Source: a virus (Duplodnaviria; Caudoviricetes). Taken from it: a stretch of DNA of 64,000 nt. Below the pieces are notes generated by a model, which saw only the letters and a program-made list of their open reading frames with translations, was not told the origin of the DNA and searched no databases. Shown here one piece after another: positions 24,130 to 33,138 of this stretch (the stretch's first letter is position 1; the number at the start of each line of letters is the position of its first letter). A program made the position numbers and the translations under genes. The DNA is taken from positions 1-64,000 of the IMG/VR virus record IMGVR_UViG_3300021399_000118; one strand, given 5' to 3'.

Positions 24130-25395
24130 ATGAACAAACTTATGTTTGCTTCTGTCATCTCCGAAATTCAGCAGTCTGATGTATTCATGACTGTGAAAGC
24201 TCGCATTTGCGAGACTCCGGCGGCGAATCTTAACGGAGCCCGAGTGACCGAAAAGTTCATTGATGAAATTGTCGGGAACGAGAAACGCTATGTGGGCTTG
24301 CCGCTCTACGCCGATGTGAAAGCATTAATCAGCGGCAACTACAATCGCCTTGGTCATCTGTATGACTCGCGAACAGGCGAATTCCATTCGACGCAGATTG
24401 GATCTTTCTACAAGTTTGAAAAGGAAGACTTCGAGAACGGAAGCTATCTGGTCGGTTACGCCAGAATACCCAAGCGCAACAAGAAGCTGAGTAAGGCAAT
24501 TACCGAACTGTTTGCGGACAACGCCCTGAAGTTTTCTTTTGAGCTCGCCGTGGGCGAGTATGAGGAACTCGACGACGATACGATCCTGATTGACGCGTCG
24601 GAAAACAATTACATCGAAGGCACAGCCATTGTGACCTTCCCTGCTTGTGAAGATGCGGTCGCTTTGGAATTGGTGGCCCAGAAAGCAGATGACGCCAAAG
24701 GAGGCGAGGATGAAATGGCAGAAGTTCAGAACCCGGCTGAAGAAGTAGTCGAAGAGACGAACACCGAAGCCAACGACAATGTAATCGCTTCCGAAGAGCC
24801 TGAAGAGGCTCAGGAACAGACCTCTGAAACCGCTGCGGTTGTTACCACCCAGCGGCACGAGGAAAGCGTCTCTACATTTGCCTACGACACGGAGACCGGA
24901 AAGGAAGTTTCCCAGACTGTGTCCGTAGAGACGGTTACGAGGGATTATCAGGAAGGGCAGCTCGTCGAAACAACGGACGGCGTCCATGTGGCGGAATCCG
25001 AGAATAAAACAATCGCGGAAGGTGAAACCACAAATGAACCGACCGAAGAACCGGCGGAAGAGCCCGCTAAAGATCCTGTGGAAGATCCCACGGAAGAAAC
25101 AGAAGAGGAAGCCGAGGAAGAACCCGTTACCGATTCTGTCGACTCCAAGAAGAAGACCGCGGAAGTTGCGGAAGAGGCTCAGGAGAATCCTGGGAAGTCC
25201 TCCGAGCAGATGATCGCGGAGCTTCTCGAGGCTGTAAACAGCCTGAAAAATGAAATCGCCGAAATGAAGGCCAAGAAGGCTGTTACGGCGGAAATCAACC
25301 CCTTTATGTCCGACATCAACGCGAAGGGCAAATACACCCTTCTGGAAAAGGCCTCTCCTACCGACCGGACCTATTCCCTGCTTGACAAGGCGTAA
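24130..25395 (+). CDS. prohead protease fused to an acidic scaffold
   Basis: N-terminal N.NG...GH...FSFEL...PA HK97/assemblin-like pattern; long acidic coiled C-terminal region; between portal and capsid. Confidence 0.75.
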   Translation: MNKLMFASVISEIQQSDVFMTVKARICETPAANLNGARVTEKFIDEIVGNEKRYVGLPLYADVKALISGNYNRLGHLYDSRTGEFHSTQIGSFYKFEKEDFENGSYLVGYARIPKRNKKLSKAITELFADNALKFSFELAVGEYEELDDDTILIDASENNYIEGTAIVTFPACEDAVALELVAQKADDAKGGEDEMAEVQNPAEEVVEETNTEANDNVIASEEPEEAQEQTSETAAVVTTQRHEESVSTFAYDTETGKEVSQTVSVETVTRDYQEGQLVETTDGVHVAESENKTIAEGETTNEPTEEPAEEPAKDPVEDPTEETEEEAEEEPVTDSVDSKKKTAEVAEEAQENPGKSSEQMIAELLEAVNSLKNEIAEMKAKKAVTAEINPFMSDINAKGKYTLLEKASPTDRTYSLLDKA

Positions 25396-25423
25396 ATTAT
25401 TCACTCGAAAGGACTGAACAGAT

Positions 25424-25861
25424 ATGGCTTCTGGATATATGACCAAGCTTCAGGGCTATGTCTACGAAGGCACTCTGGCGAACGGCGCGGCTGCTCCCGT
25501 CCCGAACGGACTGATTATGGTCCAGGGTACGGGCGCCAACGCCGACAAGCTGGTTCTGCCTGCCGCGGACGCCAATACGAAGTTTTTATGCACCGAAGTC
25601 ACCGATATCTACGGTGGCGTGACCGCTTATCGCTTCCAGGTGCAGGAGATTACAAAGCGGTACTTCTTCGTTGAGAACGCTCATCAGCACAACGTGGAAG
25701 AGTATCAGGAATATGACAAGCGCGACTACGTGCAGCCTGTGGGCGAGCTCATGCGGGCTCATGCTCTGCTGCTGGGCGAAGAGTTTGTCACAAATTGCGT
25801 GACCGGAACCCCTGTCGTGGGCACTGCCTACGGCATCAAGGCTGACGGTACTATCGGTTAA
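25424..25861 (+). CDS. putative head decoration protein
   Basis: 145-aa beta-rich protein immediately before the capsid gene. Confidence 0.55.
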   Translation: MASGYMTKLQGYVYEGTLANGAAAPVPNGLIMVQGTGANADKLVLPAADANTKFLCTEVTDIYGGVTAYRFQVQEITKRYFFVENAHQHNVEEYQEYDKRDYVQPVGELMRAHALLLGEEFVTNCVTGTPVVGTAYGIKADGTIG

Positions 25862-25875
25862 GGAGGTGAACGACA

Positions 25876-26871
25876 ATGCCGAACATTAAGATCGAAAAAG
25901 ATCAGAAAATCATCAAAGTGATGGCGGCTCAGGCTCGCGGCGAGCGCGTTGATTCCAACGTGATCGAAGAGTCCAGCGCTATCGTGAACGAGCTGGCTCA
26001 GGACATGAGTCCTCAGCATCAGCACGAAATCGGGCAGCTGATTGCGTTCACCATCAACGAACTGCAACAGAACTCCCTGAACTTCATGGAGACCTTTGCG
26101 GATATCCGCACCGTCGGACTGGGCGACCGGCCCATGTACCGCATGAAGACCGCCGGCATCAAGGCGTTCATCCAGGCTACTGGCGCGACAACCGCTCGGA
26201 GCTATGTGACCGACCGGCAGTTCTCCATCAATACTTTCGAAATCGCTTCCCGTCCCGCGATCAACATCTGGGATATCCGGATGAACCGCATCAACATGCC
26301 TGACCTGATCCGCGACGCGAACAAGGAGTTCACCATGCTGAAGCTGCTCCATGTGGAAAAGGTTCTGCAGAACGCGATTTCCCAGTACCAGACCCCCTTC
26401 TACGGCACCGGCACCGGTATCGTGAAGCAAACCCTGGATGCTCAGCTGCAGTACTTCAAGCGGCTGGGCAACGTGAGCCTGATCGGCGACGCCGCGGCTG
26501 TCGAAGGCCTGTTCGCCCTGACCGGTGCTCCCGTGAGCAATACCAGCATCCAGTACTCCGGCAATATGCTGGACGAGAAGAACAACAACGGCTATCTGGG
26601 CCGTTACAACGGCGCGGCCGTCATCTCCATGATCAATGCCTATGAAGACGGCAAGACTACCCCGATTCTGAACCCCGACTGGATCTACATCCTGAGCGCG
26701 GGCGTCAGCAACGACCAGAAGAACCTGAAGGTTCTGAACGAGGGCCCGACCTACAGCATGACTCAGCAGACGATCGACGATCATACGTTCGAGACCGAGC
26801 TGACTCAGCGGTTCGGCGCGGCCTTCGTTGTGGGCAGCATCCCCACCCTGGGCGCTTACGAAATCGGTTAA
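25876..26871 (+). CDS. major capsid protein
   Basis: 331 aa, strongly biased codons, strong RBS, followed by a terminator, synteny. Confidence 0.8.
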   Translation: MPNIKIEKDQKIIKVMAAQARGERVDSNVIEESSAIVNELAQDMSPQHQHEIGQLIAFTINELQQNSLNFMETFADIRTVGLGDRPMYRMKTAGIKAFIQATGATTARSYVTDRQFSINTFEIASRPAINIWDIRMNRINMPDLIRDANKEFTMLKLLHVEKVLQNAISQYQTPFYGTGTGIVKQTLDAQLQYFKRLGNVSLIGDAAAVEGLFALTGAPVSNTSIQYSGNMLDEKNNNGYLGRYNGAAVISMINAYEDGKTTPILNPDWIYILSAGVSNDQKNLKVLNEGPTYSMTQQTIDDHTFETELTQRFGAAFVVGSIPTLGAYEIG

Positions 26872-26880
26872 TGCAAGGCG

Positions 26881-26912
26881 GGGCGGAGCTTTCGGGCTCC
26901 GCCCCTATTTTT
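26881..26912 (+). terminator. intrinsic terminator
   Basis: GGGCGGAGC-TTTCGG-GCTCCGCCC followed by CTATTTTT. Confidence 0.85.
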
Positions 26913-26935
26913 CAAAATGAAAGGTTGAAGGAAAA

Positions 26936-27394
26936 ATGAACGGAGAAACAAGACTTCGTGTATGGAACCGGTGCAATCATGACATCGGCGTATACGTCAA
27001 TAACGGCCAGCAGTCCCTCAACATCAAGCAGGACAGCTTTGCCGTGCTTTCTGTGAACGACATTCTTTATATCGAAAGTATCTGCAACCGCAAGAAGTTC
27101 TTTTCTGCGAAGATGCTTGTCGCCACAGACGAAAACGGAAGAGATTTAACTCTGGAAGACATCGGAGGCTTCTCGAGCCCCGACACGGAAGTCCATTTGA
27201 ACGACAGCGAAATCCGGGCTCAGCTGAACAAGCCGCTTAAGGCTTTCAAGGCCTGGATCGAGAACATCAACGATCCCGTGGAGCTTCACGCGATCTGGAA
27301 TGTCGGCAAAGAAATGGACCTTCAGCAAAGCAAACTGAAGATCATCCAAGCCAAGATCCCCAACGAAGATCTGCTGGCGGATGACGAAGAATAA
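26936..27394 (+). CDS. virion morphogenesis hypothetical protein
   Basis: ORF after the capsid gene. Confidence 0.65.
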   Translation: MNGETRLRVWNRCNHDIGVYVNNGQQSLNIKQDSFAVLSVNDILYIESICNRKKFFSAKMLVATDENGRDLTLEDIGGFSSPDTEVHLNDSEIRAQLNKPLKAFKAWIENINDPVELHAIWNVGKEMDLQQSKLKIIQAKIPNEDLLADDEE

Positions 27395-27405
27395 TTCAGA
27401 AAGGA

Positions 27406-27837
27406 GTGGCTGATGTGCTGAACGCTACAGAACTGGCGGCCGTTGTGCAGGAAGAAACCGCATGGCAGGAAACGCCTCAAGCACTTGAAGACGCAGATTA
27501 TCTGAGAATCGTCGTACGGGGAGTCCGCAGGTTCTTTGTGGACATCAACCACCCGGAAGAATATTCCATCACAAACTGGACAAAAGACGAGGAAGGCACA
27601 TTCTACGACAGGGAGTTCAACGTAATCGAAGAGGAGTATATCCGGATTCTGTGCAAGCTGGAATTTTTCAAGCGGGTACAGATGGATGTGAACAACCGTT
27701 TCGGTTACCAGACGGACGCCATCACCATCACCAACGCAGACAAGCCCTACGCGAATCTGCAGAACACAATCGGTGATTTAGAGCATGAACGCCGGATCGT
27801 TTTCAATAAAATGGTACGCTACACATTAGGTGAATAA
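27406..27837 (+). CDS. putative head-tail adaptor
   Basis: Helical 143-aa protein; synteny; AAGGAG RBS. Confidence 0.55.
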   Translation: MADVLNATELAAVVQEETAWQETPQALEDADYLRIVVRGVRRFFVDINHPEEYSITNWTKDEEGTFYDREFNVIEEEYIRILCKLEFFKRVQMDVNNRFGYQTDAITITNADKPYANLQNTIGDLEHERRIVFNKMVRYTLGE

Positions 27838-27840
27838 AGG

Positions 27841-28188
27841 ATGAAGGATATGGACTGGATTGTGAAAATCGAATACAAGAACCAGGACATGGAAACGATC
27901 GTTGAAAAGGAATACCCTTTCGACCAATATCTGGAAATGGTCGCTTCCGGCATTACCTCGGTTATCACGGACGTGGAAAACGTCTTTTACGAACTGGAAG
28001 ACGGCGAGCAGAAGAAGGACTGGAGCCCTGAGAGCACCCAGAAGTTCAAGGCCATCCGGCACAAGCTGCTGGATCACGCCAACTCTGTCCGCCGGCTGAA
28101 CTCCACGTTGTTTCACAAAGGGGAGCCCGCCAACGCAATTAAGGCTTCCAAGTTTATCGCGGACATTATCGACAAAAACATCGAATAA
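27841..28188 (+). CDS. hypothetical protein
   Basis: ORF in the operon. Confidence 0.65.
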   Translation: MKDMDWIVKIEYKNQDMETIVEKEYPFDQYLEMVASGITSVITDVENVFYELEDGEQKKDWSPESTQKFKAIRHKLLDHANSVRRLNSTLFHKGEPANAIKASKFIADIIDKNIE

Positions 28189-28205
28189 GAAAGGAGGCGG
28201 CTGAC

Positions 28206-28949
28206 GTGTCTATTCCCTACAACCCTGCACCTACAAGCAGGCGGTTCTATGTACCCAGAACGCTGGCCGCCGATTTCGATGCATTTCTGGATCAGGATAT
28301 CCCCAACACCAATATGGATTTCGAAATCCTTAAAAGCTGGTACGACCGGCAGCAGGACGGTTACGAGCCTGCTTATGTCCGGGGAGAAATCTATCCTGAT
28401 TCCACCAAGAGCCGGTACGAAAACACCGACAATAACATGAACATTCGCTGCTCTGTTTCCAGCGGAATCCGCAAGGGAGACATGCTCGTTCAACCGGATG
28501 GAGAAGTCTTTGTCCTGGACTGGTTTGTTGCCCTGCAAAGCAACAACGCTCCTTCCCGAGCCTTGCGCTGCAATATGAACCTGGAAATCAGGAGGTTCAG
28601 AAATCCTGTATCGGAGTACGACGAGGACGGCTACAAGAAAAAGAACAAAATCGACTCGGGCTGGTCTACGGTCGTCCCTACTATTCCGTGCAACGCTTAT
28701 CGATATGACGGGCGGCCGGAATACACAACTGTTTCCGGGACTCCCGGCGCAACCATCAACGCTTTGACTCTTTTGACCGTTCAATACAACGACTATACCA
28801 AGAATATTCTTGCGGACGATGTTTTCGACTGGGGCGGAGTCACCTATCGCATTGTGGATATCAACCTGGTCGGCGTGGATCTGGAAGACAAGTTCGGAAC
28901 CATCAAGCTTCAGGCGAAGAAATCGGAGGGTGGTCTGCATGGATATTGA
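28206..28949 (+). CDS. putative head closure/stopper protein
   Basis: Beta-rich; IRKGD and DVFDWGGVTYRIVDI motifs; synteny. Confidence 0.55.
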   Translation: MSIPYNPAPTSRRFYVPRTLAADFDAFLDQDIPNTNMDFEILKSWYDRQQDGYEPAYVRGEIYPDSTKSRYENTDNNMNIRCSVSSGIRKGDMLVQPDGEVFVLDWFVALQSNNAPSRALRCNMNLEIRRFRNPVSEYDEDGYKKKNKIDSGWSTVVPTIPCNAYRYDGRPEYTTVSGTPGATINALTLLTVQYNDYTKNILADDVFDWGGVTYRIVDINLVGVDLEDKFGTIKLQAKKSEGGLHGY

Positions 28950-29448
28950 TCTTTCTTTTTTAGCAGGCCCGATCTCCGGACTCAGCACTTTCTTTACAAA
29001 TCTGGCGAGATCCGAAAGATCGAAAGAAGCCGGAGAGTACAAGGACAACGGAGAGGAAGCCGCGGCAACGGACGAGGAAATCTCTGCGACACATGTCACC
29101 GTGTCTTTCGACGGAAAAAAAGTGAAGCTCAGCCTCGAAACGAGCGGATCCATGTGGGATTCCGTCACGACGGGAGGCAAAGGCATTGCTATGATCGGCG
29201 GCCAGGGCGGAACCGTAACAGAGCCTGATGGCAGCACGAGGATGAGCAATGTTCCTCCGCAGCTTTGGGGAACACGGCCCGTGGACGATTCGGCTGAGCC
29301 TGCTTCCCCGTGGAAAGAGAACTTCATGAAAATGGCAGAATCTTTATTGCCTGGGCTGGTTCAGGATATTATTGCATCTTCAAAGGCCATGATTACAGAT
29401 GCAGCCAAACCTCAGATTATTGCGGCTTTAGGAGGTGCATTCGCATGA
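28939..29448 (+). CDS. putative tail completion protein
   Basis: GGAGG RBS before ATG 28939; synteny. Confidence 0.5.
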   Translation: MDIDLSFLAGPISGLSTFFTNLARSERSKEAGEYKDNGEEAAATDEEISATHVTVSFDGKKVKLSLETSGSMWDSVTTGGKGIAMIGGQGGTVTEPDGSTRMSNVPPQLWGTRPVDDSAEPASPWKENFMKMAESLLPGLVQDIIASSKAMITDAAKPQIIAALGGAFA

Positions 29449-29909
29449 TGGGTTGGATTCGGGCGTGGAATAAGATCATTCGCGAGGTGATCTACCACGA
29501 CCACAAGCTAAAGGTTCTTATGAAGCTTCCTCCGAAAACGGGAGTTATTCAGTTTACGGAACGCTACTTTATTCATGCCGGATATACAAATAAGCTTCTC
29601 ACAGACGAGGTTTGCAGGATTGTATATTCGGACATTCAAGGAGCAGAAACCGCAGTTCCAAATATAACGCAAAACATGATGACATTCGACATCTACGTAA
29701 AAAATGAGGAACAGCGAGGACTCACAGACGACGGGCTCATTCTAAGAACGCATCTGATTGCCGAGCGGCTGAAATACCTTCTGACAAAACAAAGGTATCT
29801 GGCTGGAACAGGTTACAGATTTCGGATTGCCGGAGATTGGGATATGGGAACCCGTACCTCCGGTTATTCCAGATATTGTATAGCTTTCTATTACATGAAG
29901 GTGTATTGA
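29445..29909 (+). CDS. putative tail terminator protein
   Basis: MTFDIYV motif; directly before the tail tube gene; AGGAGG RBS. Confidence 0.55.
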   Translation: MMGWIRAWNKIIREVIYHDHKLKVLMKLPPKTGVIQFTERYFIHAGYTNKLLTDEVCRIVYSDIQGAETAVPNITQNMMTFDIYVKNEEQRGLTDDGLILRTHLIAERLKYLLTKQRYLAGTGYRFRIAGDWDMGTRTSGYSRYCIAFYYMKVY

Positions 29910-30068
29910 AAGCGCCGCCTTGAAACGGGGCGGCTGATAAATACTGTTTCCCCGGCTGGGGTTAAAAGCAAAGGTATATAAGGCCTCCTTGTATAACCGG
30001 ACGGCTTGAAGTTTGCGGGAGAACTGCAAGTGTCTTGTTATAAATATATTAAAGTGAGGTCATGTAAT

Positions 30069-30857
30069 ATGGCTACATATGTTGACAAGTTTGCGGGCTA
30101 CGTCGCTGACGTTCCGCGGATGTGGTTTAAGCGCTGCGATGGCCGTATTTTCTATTTCGACGAACTTACGGCTGCTACAGTGACACCTCAGGTGAACTAC
30201 ACCGAGGTGAACGCGGGCTGGTCTCTGTTCCCTGTGGCTTATCTGCCCGGTCAGTCTACCTTCGAAATGCAGTGCACCTCTGGTAAGTTTGAGGCTGATC
30301 TGTTCGTTATGGCAAATGCCACCAAGTTCACAGAGAACACCACCTACAAGATGACTCATACTGAGCGGCTGGAAGTGGATGGCGAGAATCAGGTTGAGCT
30401 GAGCCACACTCCTGTTACCGGTACGATCTCCATCCCCTATGCTAACGAGCTGGGCATGATGGAAGAGACTGCTCAGACCGCCTCTGCCGGCAAGTTCAAG
30501 GTGGTTACCGCTGGCGATGTCACCAAGCTGCAGTTTGCGACCGGCGACGTGGGCAAGTTCGTTGAAGTTTCCTATTACTATAACGAAACTGTGAGCGAGG
30601 CCAACATCGACAACCGCAGCTCCGCCATCGGCGAAGCCATCATGCAGTGGCCGGTGTACGGCAACGGCGACGACTGCTCTGATGCCTCTATCATTGGTTA
30701 TGTGACCGTTAAGGTGTATCGTGCTCGTGTGTCTTCTGCTCCTGGATTCGACTCCAGCTACAAGACCGCCAACACGTTCCAATTCACGGTTGCGGCTATG
30801 GACGCGAAGCGGCCTGACAATGCCTGCTACTCCATTGCGTTCAAGAAGGTTGCTTGA
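30069..30857 (+). CDS. major tail (tube) protein
   Basis: Beta-rich 262 aa, biased codons, followed by a terminator and the chaperone/TMP genes. Confidence 0.75.
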   Translation: MATYVDKFAGYVADVPRMWFKRCDGRIFYFDELTAATVTPQVNYTEVNAGWSLFPVAYLPGQSTFEMQCTSGKFEADLFVMANATKFTENTTYKMTHTERLEVDGENQVELSHTPVTGTISIPYANELGMMEETAQTASAGKFKVVTAGDVTKLQFATGDVGKFVEVSYYYNETVSEANIDNRSSAIGEAIMQWPVYGNGDDCSDASIIGYVTVKVYRARVSSAPGFDSSYKTANTFQFTVAAMDAKRPDNACYSIAFKKVA

Positions 30858-30907
30858 TTTTCCTAATAAGGTTTATATAAGGTTACAGTAGGTTAAAATC
30901 AGGTTTA

Positions 30908-30943
30908 GGGGGATACTGTAACAACAGTATCCCCCTTTTTTTT
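30908..30943 (+). terminator. intrinsic terminator
   Basis: GGGGGATACTGT-AACA-ACAGTATCCCCC followed by T8. Confidence 0.85.
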
Positions 30944-30968
30944 ATTTCTTCGAAAGGACATAAGGAAT

Positions 30969-31517
30969 ATGCCAAGATTAACTGAAACAAAGGGTAAACC
31001 CGTTCCTGAGGCTGAGGATAGGATTATCGAGATTCCTCAGGATAAACAAGAGATTCCAGAAACACCAGCCGAGACCAAAGATGTCCCGGTTACTCCCCAG
31101 GAAAAGAAAGAGGTTCCTGTTATTCCGGAGCCCAAGGCATTAGACAAGGAAATGCCAAGCGAAGTCAACGAAGAGAACTGTGTTACAATCGGAGGCAACA
31201 AGATCGAGATCAAGCCGACCAAATTAAAATACTTCCGAAACAAGACAGCCTCAATTTACAACGTGCTAAAACTTGTTCCTTTAACAGAGTTCCTGACTTA
31301 CGACAAAGGCGTGTTTGACGCGTCAAGAGACCCGGATCAGATTCTATTTGATTTTCTGATCGCGGTGTTTGACGACTCCGCTTTTGTCCGAGACAACTAC
31401 GACAACATGACGGCCGGGGATGTCGATCGAATTCTTAAGATCTTCGGTCGTCTTAACGGCATAGACGAAAAAGAAGAAGCAGCAAGAAAAAACAGGGAAG
31501 CCCAGGCGAAACGCTAA
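30969..31517 (+). CDS. tail assembly chaperone (gpG-like)
   Basis: After the tail tube gene; ends just past the slippery heptamer A AAA AAC (31487-31493). Confidence 0.75.
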   Translation: MPRLTETKGKPVPEAEDRIIEIPQDKQEIPETPAETKDVPVTPQEKKEVPVIPEPKALDKEMPSEVNEENCVTIGGNKIEIKPTKLKYFRNKTASIYNVLKLVPLTEFLTYDKGVFDASRDPDQILFDFLIAVFDDSAFVRDNYDNMTAGDVDRILKIFGRLNGIDEKEEAARKNREAQAKR

Positions 31518-31864
31518 GTTTAGATGAAGCGGCGGCGGCCGTAGCGGCTCACCTGGGCGAAATCGACGAAAACAAAATCAACAATATGGCCTATGTCTGG
31601 TTCAACCTTGTGTTAACCGCCCTCGGAAAGAGGTTGAACTACGAATCCATCTCCAATCTGTACGGCAATGCTTTCGCGAAAGATTCCGCAAAGATTGTAC
31701 AGGCAGCCTATCCCCTCGCCAAGCAAGGCGGAGGACCTGGAGCCGGAGTTATGGGTCTTATGGGCCAGATTAAAGTTATCGACGCAACAAAGAACTCGGC
31801 AGCCGCGAAGAAAGCGGAGAAAGATATGCTTGGAGATACGAGCTGGGCCGAAGGTCTTATGTAA
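31487..31864 (+). CDS. tail assembly chaperone -1 frameshift extension (gpT-like)
   Basis: The -1 frame from the heptamer is open (KKQGSPGETLSLDEAAAAVAAHLGEIDENKINNMAYVW...) through 31864. Confidence 0.75.
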   Translation, partial: KKQGSPGETLSLDEAAAAVAAHLGEIDENKINNMAYVWFNLVLTALGKRLNYESISNLYGNAFAKDSAKIVQAAYPLAKQGGGPGAGVMGLMGQIKVIDATKNSAAAKKAEKDMLGDTSWAEGLM

Positions 31865-31874
31865 GGAGGACAAT

Positions 31875-32555
31875 ATGGCAAACGATTTATACCGTATGTA
31901 CGACGAAATGATACAGGGGTACAAAACAAACAACGATGGATTGTTCGAGCATGGAGTTATATGTTGGATGGATTTAAATCCAGAGAACCCGTTTCCCGAA
32001 GGCTCAGATGCATATGAACTATTTTTTCAGACACAGCTCCACTATAAGAGTTGGCGACTTGGGAGTGCCGACTACAAATCCAAGAGGAGGCGCATGTTAG
32101 CTGCTGCTCGGGACTTGTGTGCTCTCTATCCTAAGCGTCCTTACAAATTCGACAAGAAAGCAGACGCAGAAGACAAAGCCTTAAAAGCCGCGGAAGAAGA
32201 GGCCAGAATGAAGACGGAAGAAGCGGCACAAAAAGCAGCTATTCAGGCCGAAGCGGAAAGAATCGTCCGAGAGGAAGAGGAAGCCAGACTCAAGGCTGAA
32301 CGTGCCGAAAAGGCCCGCGTCGAATGGGAAAAAGCGGAAGCAGAAGCGAAGGCTGAAGAGCAGAGGAAGACAGAAATGCTGAAAGCCGCCGTCGAAGCGG
32401 AGCGAGCCAAAGTCAAGCTTGAAAAAACAGAGTATGTTCTGGGCGTTGTTCCTGAAACCGGGTTAATCGAAGAAACAGTTCCCCCGGAGCCCGAGAAACA
32501 AACAGGCTTCTTTGCGCGGCTGAGAGACCGGTTTGGAAAGAAGGCTTCAGAATGA
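31875..32555 (+). CDS. hypothetical protein with an E/A/K-rich coiled coil
   Basis: AAGGAGG RBS before ATG 31875. Confidence 0.7.
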   Translation: MANDLYRMYDEMIQGYKTNNDGLFEHGVICWMDLNPENPFPEGSDAYELFFQTQLHYKSWRLGSADYKSKRRRMLAAARDLCALYPKRPYKFDKKADAEDKALKAAEEEARMKTEEAAQKAAIQAEAERIVREEEEARLKAERAEKARVEWEKAEAEAKAEEQRKTEMLKAAVEAERAKVKLEKTEYVLGVVPETGLIEETVPPEPEKQTGFFARLRDRFGKKASE

Positions 32556-32728
32556 CGGTAGGAGAATTGATCGAAAGGTTGAAGACTTTACCTCAGGACG
32601 CGACGGCTACTTATTTTCACAATGTTTACGGGGTTATTCACATCGACGAGATCGAGGAAAGACCCTGTCAAACACCCGGCGGCCGGGCATTCGACATTAT
32701 CGTTTTAAAAGGAGTTAAGGAAGAATGA
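32552..32728 (+). CDS. small hypothetical protein (MTVGELIERLKTLPQDA...)
   Basis: ATGA-coupled at both ends; MTV.ELI..L..P start common in phage proteins. Confidence 0.65.
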   Translation: MTVGELIERLKTLPQDATATYFHNVYGVIHIDEIEERPCQTPGGRAFDIIVLKGVKEE

Positions 32729-33069
32729 CGTATTACGAGTTTTTTCAAAAGGCAGCTGAAGAAGTTCTTGTTCAGGCCGAGAACGGGTTATGGTATCTGG
32801 AGCCCAGCTACCGGACTATTTTAGAGTCAGCTGATATCACCCCGGACAAGGTGAAGGAAGTCAAGTTAAGCTGGGCGTCTGTTCTTGACTGGATGAGCCT
32901 CGAAGTCAAGAAGAGGAACACAATCGAAGACAAGATGCCCGTTGTTGTAGAATGGCTGCACAATCTTATTACAGCGACTGTAGAACCGGCTATGCTGGAA
33001 GAAGAAACAGAGTATCTGAAAAATCTGACAGAGTATCTTAATGCAAAGAAAGAAACTTCTGCGATATAA
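32725..33069 (+). CDS. hypothetical protein
   Basis: Coupled ORF. Confidence 0.7.
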   Translation: MTYYEFFQKAAEEVLVQAENGLWYLEPSYRTILESADITPDKVKEVKLSWASVLDWMSLEVKKRNTIEDKMPVVVEWLHNLITATVEPAMLEEETEYLKNLTEYLNAKKETSAI

Positions 33070-33107
33070 AAAAGACGGGGAGAGCCTTAACCGGCTCTCC
33101 CCATATT
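33070..33107. terminator. bidirectional terminator
   Basis: GGGGAGAGCC-TTAACC-GGCTCTCCCC preceded by an A-tract, between convergent genes. Confidence 0.75.
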
Positions 33108-33138
33108 CAGCTACAAGTTATAAGACTGGATAGATTTT

